Assembly: GCA_051294375.1 (NCBI GenBank)
Contig: CM119264.1
Span: 27,767,379-27,776,387 of the forward strand
Direction of reading: 5' to 3'
Length of the DNA stretch: 9,009 nucleotides
DNA from: Paraspadella gotoi
Taxonomy: Eukaryota > Animalia > Chaetognatha
Both the position numbers and the translations under genes were made by a program. The notes below the pieces were generated by a model. The model made no database searches, was not told the DNA's origin, and worked only from the letters and a program-made list of their open reading frames with translations. Positions 1 through 8,435 of the stretch are shown here, in pieces (within the stretch, counting starts at the first letter, position 1; every line of letters starts with the position of its first letter).

Positions 1-1139
1 CGATTTTCGCCGAGACGAGCATAAATCATTTCCATCCCTTACCCGAAAAAAAAGGATATGACCTTACCTTTTTCTCGCCCACCCGATAGTCAGTATCACC
101 TTTCGAATGTCCCTCTTCTCTCTCTGCGATCGGGAGCCGACTTTACTTTTTTTAACTGACCCGTTTCGTTGCTTCGTGTATTATACACTGACCCCTCTCT
201 TACATTCTTCTCATCAGCCTTACCTATCAGGCTATAACTCACCCAGCATCTTCATATTCGTCACCTTCCTCACTTTGGTGACCCTCACCTCCAACTCTGA
301 CCAACTCTCCGTCTCTGAAGCCTTACCCTTTCCGCTTTTCTCGTCTCTCCTTTCCAAGATGCTGCAATTCTTTGGCGCGCCGTGCCGCGCCCCTCCGCCC
401 GGCCGCCCTCCGCCACACACCAACCAAATATGTTTTAAGGTTTATATTTTCTTCATTAACAGATTGAAAAAAAAAGCGCTTTCCTTTTATGAAAAAGAAT
501 TGCATCTTTATTATGTATAAAAATAGTAAAATTGGAAAGAAAAAACCTTTGATTGGAAGTCGGTTCGATAATGTTGAGTTTTTGAGGAGAGTTTTGTTGT
601 CTATTAAGGACTTTCACTTTCACTATGATGTCACTTTGTATCTACATATTTTTCGGGTCAAAAATTGTCATTCGCCGCTTTCTTGTAAAAAGCCAATTCA
701 GAACTTTAACCAAATATTTTTTATCTTTTTTGAAGTAATAAAACGTGATCTTAACAAATCAGTGATGTTGTATTTAATTAAATAATAACTAAATCATTAA
801 AACTAAAAGAAATAAAAGATATCGACGTAAGATGGACGTGATTATCAGAATTGATAATAAACAACGATTCGCGATCAAAACCGATTAAGAAAAAATAACA
901 AAAGAAAACAAAAGCGCGAAACTAAAAGAAAGAAAAACACATTTGATAAACAGAAGGACAAAAACTCATTAATACAACAAAAAAAAACTTGATGAAATAT
1001 ATAATAAAACCATTTTAATACACCGACAGATGACGCTCGGGAAGGAAAAAAAAGGGATAATAGGGAAAACAAAAAGTAATTCGTCATCAGTCCGACAGGT
1101 GGCAGAAAACATCGCAAAGAACAAAAATATTGCCAAAGC

Positions 1140-1164
1140 AAAAAAAAAAAAAAAAAAAAAAAAA
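1140..1164. repeat. A25 homopolymer within A-rich low-complexity 3' flank
   Basis: Read directly from the sequence. Confidence 0.9.
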
Positions 1165-1793
1165 GGCGCATCGAAAAATGGAGAGTTCGTCAAAATAAAA
1201 AAAGGCGGGAAAGCGAAGACGCCGCTGGAGCCGCCGCCGCCGCCGCTGCAGGACGCCACCGACGCGAAAGAGCAACTCTCGTAAAGTAATAATCGTAATA
1301 ATAATAGTAACGATAATAATCGCCACAATAAAGCATAACGCTGGGCGTCGGTAAAGCGAAAAAAAAAATATCTCGTGAGGATAAAAATGGAAGATTGGGA
1401 AAAGCCGTCGAATGGATGGAAATAAAGGAAAAATAAAAGGAAAAATAAAAGGAAATAAAGGCCCAAGTATCTTCGCTAAACATTTTTTTTTTGGGGTTTT
1501 GTTTTTGAAGTCAAGATTTCGGTTATGAGTAATTTTGTTTCTTTTGGTGGCGCAAGGGGCGGGGAGCGAACCAGGGTTGGCGAGGGAGGGTAGTGAGCAG
1601 CGGAGGGGGGGGGGCGAAAAATTCGGCAAAAGTAAAAGCGATAAGTGTGAACCATTTGATGTCTTGTTTATATAAAGGCTTTTTGAGTTCGAATTATAAT
1701 TGTGATACAATACGCATAGTCTATGATAGAGAAACCAATAGTCTTCTAGTCTTCTGTGTTGTTTCAACTTGAAGCAAATAATCGGTGACCCTT

Positions 1794-1799
1794 TTTATT
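1794..1799 (-). terminator. Candidate polyadenylation signal AATAAA of MAT
   Basis: The plus strand reads tttatt at 1794-1799, which is AATAAA about 85 nt after the stop codon. There is no transcript evidence. Confidence 0.5.
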
Positions 1800-1884
1800 C
1801 ACGACGAACCTTTTCTCCCATCGATCCGTTCCGCTCCGATCCGAACCACAATGTCCAAGCTTTTCCTTAACACAACATCATCCT

Positions 1885-2031
1885 CTAGAAGACGAGCTTC
1901 TTCGGCCGCTCCCACGGAAACTGGTCGCGCCCGAAGTGTCCGTAGGCCGACGTCTCTTGGTAGATGGGATTCTTCAAATCCAAGTCGCGGACGATGACGC
2001 CCGGGCGGAGATCGAAGTTGTTCTTTACCAC
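1885..2031 (-). CDS. MAT: MAT terminal coding exon D ([48 protein letters not shown]; 147 nt)
   Basis: Translated by hand. Canonical MAT C-terminus FDLRPG...PIY..T.AYGHFGR..FPWE.PK. Acceptor tcacag|GTG at 2032/2031; TAG stop at 1887-1885. Confidence 0.97.
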   Translation of the reverse strand: MVKNNFDLRPGVIVRDLDLKNPIYQETSAYGHFGRDQFPWERPKKLVF

Positions 2032-2445
2032 CTGTGATTAATTAATTAATTTAATGATTGACATTAATTGATTGATTGATTGATTTATTTATAGATTTAT
2101 TTATTATTTATTTATTGATTGATTCATTAATCGATCGATTGATTCATTGTTTCCTTGCTTTAATAATTGATTAACAGCTCAACTGATGGAAAGATAGATT
2201 ATTTGATTTATTTAGTGATTGATAGATGGATGGAAGGATACATTGATCGACTGCTTCCCTGATAGAAATGTTGATTGATTAGCTGATTGATTGGCTGCTA
2301 ATTTCTTGATGAAGACAGATGATTGAGACAAAAACAACGTGTAAAAGAAAAAAAGAGCTAATCAATAAAAATGATTGAAACAAATAAAAACAACAACATC
2401 AACAACAACGACATCAAATCCCGTGATCGACAACATCAACATCAC
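2032..2445 (-). other. MAT last intron within the CDS, between exons C and D (414 nt, GT-AG, phase 0)
   Basis: Starts gtgatg and ends tcacag; splicing restores ELLE|VVKNNF. Confidence 0.92.
2036..2295. repeat. Degenerate (GATT)n/(ATTA)n/(TTTA)n tetranucleotide region
   Basis: gattaattaattaat, attgattgattgattgattt, gatagatggatgga and similar runs. Confidence 0.75.
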
Positions 2446-2561
2446 CTCCAGCAACTCTCTCTCCGGTCGGGACGAGGTGCCATAGGAAAAGACGGTGATG
2501 GAGAGAGGTTCAGCGATTCCGATGGCGTAAGAGATCTGAACGAGGACTCGACGGCAGAGAC
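2446..2561 (-). CDS. MAT: MAT coding exon C ([39 protein letters not shown]; 116 nt, phase 1/0)
   Basis: Translated by hand; the ORF track does not show this frame. Canonical MAT motif LVQxSYAIGxAEPLSI. Acceptor catcag|GT at 2562/2561; donor GAG|gtgatg at 2446/2445. The split codon G+GT = Gly continues exon B. Confidence 0.96.
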
Positions 2562-2566
2562 CTGAT

Positions 2567-2648
2567 GGGGGTGGTGGAAAGGTTCAGGGGCAGTTGAAGG
2601 GGTGGTAGGGGTGGCAGGGGTGGAGGAAGGGTATGTATGGAGGGGTGG
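2567..2648 (+). repeat. G-rich 9-bp-type repeat (aggggtggN), G-quadruplex-compatible on the + strand
   Basis: aggggtggt aggggtggc aggggtgg plus further G3-G5 runs. Confidence 0.7.
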
Positions 2649-2988
2649 CACGTGTGGTGATAGGGTTTTGAATTGTTCATAGGCGATTTGAAATGTGTTA
2701 AATCAATACAGAAATTGTCATTCATTCATTTGATAAGCTTTCTTGGGACTGGCTTGGGCGGGTTAAGACCTATATACTCTTTACAAGATAATAACATAGC
2801 AAAACCTTTAAAATTTCAATTTAGACTATTTTACAGTCTAAACTTTATTAATATTTAGGTAATAAGTAATTATTTAAATGACTCGTTATTTCCTTCGGTA
2901 TTAAAACCTCTCGAGTCTCTACTTTAATTTTCGAAAAAAAAGAAACAAAAGGAGGAGAATCTAAAAATATTCGCATACGTCAAGAACA

Positions 2989-2989
<1 letters not shown>

Positions 2990-3067
<78 letters not shown>
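2990..3067. repeat. Perfect (TCG)26 microsatellite
   Basis: 78 bp of uninterrupted tcg units. Confidence 0.97.
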
Positions 3068-3237
3068 GCTGCTCCTCATTGTTTTTCTCTATATTTTTTC
3101 GTCCGTCAATTTTTTAAAATTAAATTCATTATTTTTTTTGTTTAGATTTTTTTTCTATTTAAAAAAAAACCGAATTCCTCGTTTGTGCTGAGACCATAAT
3201 TAATCGCATAAATTAATAAGAGAGTCATTGGCCAAAC

Positions 3238-3366
<129 letters not shown>

Positions 3367-3668
3367 CACCATCATCAGTTTTTCTCATTTACATTCGCGG
3401 GAAGAAGGTCGAAGGAACAAATGAACAATTCTCGACAATAAATCAGGATAGACGTCGCTGGTCCTGGGCGGCGGTTGAGGGCGAAAAAGAAAAAAAAGGA
3501 CAAGAAAGAAAAGGAAATAATGAAAAGAGAAATAAAAGGCAGGGAAAATGAAAAAAATCAATAAAAAAAGGAAAAGAAAAAAAAAAGGAAAAAAGAAAAA
3601 AAAAAACAGAAAGAAAATTTGAAAAAAGAAAGAAAAAAAATAAAAATCACGCAAAGAAAAAAACATAC

Positions 3669-3843
3669 AATAAGAAAAATATCACACAAAGACTAAAAGA
3701 AAACTATTAAACAAAAACAAAAAGCAAGATATCAAACAAAAACTAAGAGAAAACTATCAAATAGTAAAAGCAAACTATCAAACATAAAGCAAAATATCAA
3801 ACAATAAGTAAACTGTCAAACAATAAGCAAACTATCAAACCAA
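3669..3843. repeat. Degenerate ~19-25 bp minisatellite, consensus aagcaaactatcaaacaat, about 8 copies
   Basis: aagcaaactatcaaacat / aagcaaaatatcaaacaat / aagtaaactgtcaaacaat / aagcaaactatcaaacc and more diverged copies to the left. Confidence 0.8.
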
Positions 3844-4036
3844 AAATAAACAAACAAAAAATAAGATAAACAAACATTCATCTCCGCCTTTTCGTTCTCC
3901 ATCGTCTGTACGACTCTATACACTTTTTTCCCTCAAGATTCCGACAAAATCTTTTTTCTTTTCTTTTTTTTATACGAATCCAATCTGCTACTCAGAGTCT
4001 GCTCGAGTGATATCATTAGAGTTGTTCAGCATGATG

Positions 4037-4042
<6 letters not shown>

Positions 4043-4069
<27 letters not shown>

Positions 4070-4079
4070 TGAGTGAGAG
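4043..4079. repeat. Short (GA)n microsatellite
   Basis: Read directly from the sequence. Confidence 0.9.
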
Positions 4080-4198
4080 CAAAGAAAAAACATGAAAACA
4101 GCGTGAAAGCCGCGAACGATGATGAGTGAATGGAAAAACGTGTGAATGGACGCGAAGGAAAAGATTAAAACATAATGGATTCAACGAAACATATAGTA

Positions 4199-4201
<3 letters not shown>

Positions 4202-4271
<70 letters not shown>
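4202..4271. repeat. (AG)35 microsatellite
   Basis: Read directly from the sequence. Confidence 0.95.
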
Positions 4272-4274
<3 letters not shown>

Positions 4275-4364
4275 ATCTTAAATAAATCTACCTTTCCTAG
4301 TCTCGTTAGGATTCACTCACACCTACTTTTTGTCGACATCTGTAAAATTTTTATTACAAATAAT

Positions 4365-4590
4365 TGAATGAATGAGTTATCAGTGAATGTATGAATGAAT
4401 GAACGTATTAACTAATAGTAATAAATTAATCACTGCACCCGATATTGATTAGGTCGCAGGTATTGCCCAGGTTCACACAGTCCCTTAGTTAAATAAATAA
4501 ATGAATGAATGAATGTATGAATGATTAAATAAATCAAAGTACCAATGCATACCTGAATAAATGAATGCTGCATGAATAAATGCCTGAATG
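4365..4590. repeat. Two degenerate (TGAA)n/(TAAA)n blocks (~4365-4403 and ~4491-4590) around a short unique segment
   Basis: tgaatgaatga and aaataaataaatgaatgaatgaatgtatgaatga. Confidence 0.7.
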
Positions 4591-4691
4591 AGAAAAATGA
4601 ATATATACGCAAATAAACAAACGCAAAATTCTTGCTTCATAAAATCTGCGATTTGTGCTGCTGATGGGAAAAGTGATTTGCCGACGCCGAT

Positions 4692-4788
4692 CGACGACGA
4701 CGACGATTACGACGACGACGACTACGACGACGATGACGACGACGACACTGACGACGACGATGACAACGACGACGACGATGACGACGAC
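4692..4788. repeat. Imperfect (GAC)n microsatellite, ~32 units
   Basis: cgacgacgac... with gat/tac/aac/act interruptions; it is the reverse complement of the (TCG)n tract at 2990-3067. Confidence 0.95.
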
Positions 4789-5144
4789 TTAACGAACGCC
4801 AAAATAACCCAGCATTAGGTGAGGAAATGTTAAAAAAAAGTATATTTGAAAAAAATTATTTGGCATTAGCTTCGATAGCTGTACGATAACTCAATGATCC
4901 ACTTATTCTTCTACTATTTAAAAAAACATTTCTTGGTAGACGGTTAAATCTGAGCGTCACTGCCATTAAGTTGAACTTTGCTTAAATACATTGTTTTGAT
5001 AAAAAAAAAATTATTTTACGAACGAAAAAAGAAAAGGAATCTCATAAAGTTTTTTTTTTTAAACGATGACAAGACGTTCTCACAAAAGAGGCGATTGAAT
5101 TGGAGCCCTTCTTACAAAAACGCGGCGCATTGAGATCGAATTAC

Positions 5145-5372
5145 CTGCTTTGACGAGGCTCTTGGCGACCCATCGGGCCGCGTAGGCCGCCGACCGATCC
5201 ACCTTGGAAAAGTCCTTCCCGGAGAAGGCGCCGCCTCCGTGGGCACCCCACCCGCCGTAGGTGTCGACGATGATCTTGCGTCCCGTGAGGCCGGCGTCGC
5301 CCATGGGTCCGCCCACGATGAACTTCCCCGACGGTTGAAGGTGGAAGATGGTGTTGTCGTCCAGGTATTTCT
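5145..5372 (-). CDS. MAT: MAT coding exon B (EKYLDDNT...VKAG; 228 nt, phase 1/1)
   Basis: Contains [52 protein letters not shown], which includes the [12 protein letters not shown]-synthetase signature. Acceptor ccgcag|AG at 5373/5372; donor GCAG|gtaatt at 5145/5144. The split codon G+AG = Glu joins exon A in frame. Confidence 0.98.
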
Positions 5373-5890
5373 CTGCGGTGGGGGGGGGGCGAGGTAGGGG
5401 TGAGTTCGAGGTGAGGTGGACGACGAGGCGATGCAGGGAGACAGTTAAGGGTTTTTGCAAAGAAACTCGAAAATAATTTATTTCGGAAAAGAAAGAAGAG
5501 AAATGTCGAAGAGGGTCGGGACTGGTAGGGGCATCGGGATCTCCAACGGCGCCCACCGATCAGGTCTTCAAGCGGACGGCGCAGTTGACACGCTGGCGAA
5601 TATCAAGAAACCGTCACCAACTCGAAATGCTAGACCGCATGGCAGAAATTCACAAACTTCCAAAATGTTATAATGACTTTAATTTTAATTTTAATTTGTT
5701 AATTTTTTATAATAAATTAGATTTACCTATTACTTTAAATTAAATTAGTTTAAATTAAATTTAATTCAAATTAATTCAAAAGATCCATTTTTGCCGACTT
5801 TCCACAGACCCTTGAGCATCCAATCCAATTGAAACGACCACAACTGACGAACCACTCCGACCTCACCTCCGACCTCACCTCCGACCTCAC
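5373..5890 (-). other. MAT intron between exons A and B (518 nt, GT-AG, phase 1)
   Basis: Starts gtgagg and ends ccgcag; splicing restores VVP-E-KYLD. Confidence 0.9.
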
Positions 5891-5892
5891 CT
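5857..5892. repeat. Perfect 12-bp tandem repeat (ccgacctcacct)x3 overlapping the exon A donor
   Basis: Copies at 5857-5868, 5869-5880 and 5881-5892. Confidence 0.95.
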
Positions 5893-6038
5893 GGAACGAC
5901 TTCCCGGACGACCATCTCCATCAACGTCTCCCTCATCTCCTTCAAGGAGACGATCTCGTCGTGTTGGATGGAGATGACGACCGTGTGGACGCGACGCGGG
6001 ATGCAGGCGCCGTTGTTGAAGGCGTACTCGCAGGTCAC
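5891..6038 (-). CDS. MAT: S-adenosylmethionine synthetase (MAT), internal coding exon A (VTCEYAFNNG...REVVP; 148 nt, phase 0 in, phase 1 out)
   Basis: The translation matches the MAT segment that follows the conserved PDxKTQ motif (VTxEY...PxRVHTxVISxQH). Acceptor ctcgttgtcaag|GTG at 6039/6038; donor CCAG|gtgagg at 5891/5890. Confidence 0.95.
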
Positions 6039-6180
6039 CTTGACAACGAGAGAGAGAGAGAGATGGCGTTGGACGTTTCATAAACAAAAGATCCTTCCAA
6101 TTCTTTTCTTTTCTAATTTTAGATTATATAATCACGTTTAAGTTTGAGGTTTATTGCTAAAGAGGTCGTAAAAGGGAAAG

Positions 6181-6183
<3 letters not shown>

Positions 6184-6242
<59 letters not shown>

Positions 6243-6258
6243 CAAGAGAGGCGAGAGA
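6184..6258. repeat. (GA)n microsatellite
   Basis: Read directly; a further (GA)8 at 6048-6063 forms the (UC)n pyrimidine tract of exon A. Confidence 0.92.
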
Positions 6259-6366
6259 AAAAAGATCGATTTCCTTCTCGAATAAAAAGGGGAAGAAACT
6301 GCGCGGGCGTTTGTGTCGGCGTCCCATGGACGGTTTAATCTCGAGAAGAGCGTTGTTAAAATGCAC

Positions 6367-6471
6367 CTCTCTCTCTCTCTCTCTCTTACTTATCCCCTTC
6401 TCCGTCTCTCTCTCTCCTTTCTCTCTCTCCTCTCTCTCATCTCGTCTCTCGTCTCTCTCTCTCTCTCTCTC
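6367..6471. repeat. Imperfect (CT)n microsatellite
   Basis: Read directly from the sequence. Confidence 0.9.
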
Positions 6472-6473
6472 AC

Positions 6474-7146
6474 GTTTTAAAAAATCGCCGCTTCGCACAA
6501 TTTCGTCTCGTCCTCACAGAACAATTTTCCTTTTCTTTTTTTTTTGTCTTTTTCTTTTTATTTTAAATATTTCTTGTTATAATTTCATTTTTCTTTTTTA
6601 TATGTAGTTTTTTTTTTGTTTTTAACTCGTTTATATGATAAAATCGTGAACAATGATTAAAACAAGTTGCTTTCACCCATTCGTGCGTGCGGATTATTGT
6701 AAAAGTTTCTTAGAGTTAACTACAACATATATATAAAGTTTTCGGAAGACGGGCGGACGGTCGGATCCTCACCCTCTTGCTTTTTTTTTGATATGCTGGA
6801 CTTTACCTCGAAACTTTCAAGGTTAGGCTTCCAGACCTTTTGAAGCTGAAGTATTACTGTTAACTAAACCAATTTGATTTAAAACATCTCTTCATATAAT
6901 CATCGGATGATCCATATATAAAATCTGTGACGGATTTCTCTTTTTTAGTTTTTTTGGCGGGCAGCTTGGTTTTGTTTGTAATTCAAAATGAAAATACCGC
7001 GCTTTAACAACTCTGCCTTACAGGCAGCAACACGGCCAAGCAGATCACATCAGTTTTTCATTTTAAAAGTAAAAAAAAATCAAGTCGCTCAACGCGCATA
7101 ACTTACCCGTAATATTTTTCTCTCTCTCTCTTCCTCCTCCTTCCTC
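6474..7146 (+). repeat. Direct duplication, copy 1
   Basis: Colinear shared blocks with 8436-9009, e.g. gccgcttcgcacaatttcgtctcgtcctcacaga, aaaacaagttgctttcacccattcgtgc, tgatttaaaacatctct, aaatgaaaataccgc, cacatcagttt. Confidence 0.93.
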
Positions 7147-7347
7147 TGCTACTGCTATCGCCTAGCTCTTGTCTTCCTCCCTTTTTTTTCTCTTCGTTTT
7201 TTTTCCAACATACACAGGATTTCGAAAACCGGAGAAGGCGGGTTTGCTTAGTAGCTTGTGTCGTGTTTCTTCCCTCCTCCGACAGCCATCAGCAGCGCAA
7301 TCCGACTACGTCGCACGCGCGTGGCGTGTCGGCGGGAGAAAATTGGT

Positions 7348-7875
7348 CTTCTCCTCCTCTCTGCTCTCTCTCGTCTCTCAATCTTCCTCTCTCTCTCTCT
7401 CCTCCTCTTTCTCCTTCTCTCATCTCTCTGTCTCTCATCCTCTCTGCGTTCGAGTGAAAGGTTTCTCCTTTCGCTTCCTTGTCCCTCTCGATGTCCAGCG
7501 CATCCGTTTCACGTCTCTCGTCTTCGTGCTTCTCCTCTATCTCTCTCTCTCTCTCTCGTCGTGTCTCGCTCTCTCCTCCTCTCAGTCCATCTTCTCTCTC
7601 TGTCTCTCTCTCTTTGCCTCTCATCTCTCTTCTACTTCTCTCTCATCTCTCTCTTTCTCTCTCTTATCATTTTCGTTTCAAGCTGCGGATGTTTTTTTTT
7701 TCCTTTCTATTCTCTCCATTGTCAAAAAAAGTTTTTAACGTTTCATTCCTTCGTTTTGCTCTTTTCTTTTCTTTTCTTTTCTTTTTCTTTTAATTTTTCT
7801 TTTCTTTTCTTTTTTTTTTCCTTTTTCAACTCATTTCTGTTCTCCTCTTTTTAAAGACAATTTTTTTTTCTCTCA
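7348..7875. repeat. Degenerate (CT)n followed by T-rich low-complexity sequence
   Basis: Read directly; this composition explains the S/L/F-rich and R/E-rich ORFs in the track. Confidence 0.85.
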
Positions 7876-7896
7876 GTTGTTTTTCAAGCGGACAAG

Positions 7897-8062
7897 CGAC
7901 AGTACCTCGGTTTTCGAGCGAAACAGAGTACCCCGGTCTCGTTTCGAGCGACAGTACACCCGTAGTTTCGAGTGACAGTAACCACTCGTTTGAGTGACAG
8001 TACCGTCGTTTTTCGAAGGTCCCGACAGTACCCTCGTTTCCCACAAGCCGACAGTGACCTCC
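7897..8062. repeat. Degenerate ~21-30 bp minisatellite, consensus cgacagtaccctcgtttcgag, about 7 copies
   Basis: The core (c/t)gacagta..c..cgttt(c)gag recurs head to tail at about 7897, 7919, 7949, 7973, 7995, 8023 and 8049. Confidence 0.85.
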
Positions 8063-8410
8063 AATCAACGAACATAAACTAATTTTTCTTTAAAAATTCT
8101 TCATTTCTATATGTAAATTAGATTTTTTAAAAAAAAAGGCATTTCAGTACTAAGTTTTCCCCTTCCTTTCCCTTCTTTCTCACTCATCTCTCTTTTTAAC
8201 TCAAATCCTCATCTATGAACCTCATTCACAACCTAATCCTCTTCCTCATCTAACTCATTCACAGGCTCTATCCTTCAATCCTTCCTTCCTAATTTCCTAT
8301 AACTAGACTTCCTCTAAAATCAATAAATCCTTCTTTGAGTTTTTTTATTCTCGCGTGTCTACCCATATCATCTTCTCTTCTTTCCCACTCAATCATCAAA
8401 TCCTTTCAAC

Positions 8411-8435
8411 NNNNNNNNNNNNNNNNNNNNNNNNN
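8411..8435. other. Assembly gap (25 N)
   Basis: A run of exactly 25 n. Confidence 1.

Noticed and set aside
107-1767. ORFs in the 3' flank (up to 226 aa; K-rich or F-rich, poly-P/poly-A from a short (GCC)n)
   Set aside because: They are compositionally biased, show no recognisable domain and overlap in several frames.
1640-1884. MAT2A-type METTL16 hairpins (UACAGARAA) in the 3' UTR
   Set aside because: I found no matching nonamer by eye; the nearest is CACAGAAGA around 1750-1758, which lies beyond the candidate poly(A) signal and has no clear stem.
4428-4490. Alternative exon starting GLC (GLCEPGQY...) that mimics the start of exon C
   Set aside because: There is no AG at the position needed for that frame, the nearest AG gives an almost immediate stop, and there is no further MAT similarity.
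4588-4818. Poly-Asp ORF
   Set aside because: It is the translation of the (GAC)n microsatellite, antisense within an intron, with no other coding signal.
5080-5556. 158-aa ORF as a complete bacterial-type metK or truncated MAT
   Set aside because: Only 5145-5372 is MAT-like and it is bounded by AG/GT; the flanking residues are intron read-through.
5766-6038. 90-aa ORF starting at 'M'TCEY
   Set aside because: The start is a GTG Val codon directly after an acceptor, and MAT similarity ends at the donor at 5891.
7897-8062. CRISPR-like array (recurring gacagta core with variable intervening sequence)
   Set aside because: The intervening parts are degenerate copies of one another rather than unique spacers, the period is only ~21-30 bp, no cas genes are present, and the context is a eukaryotic intron.
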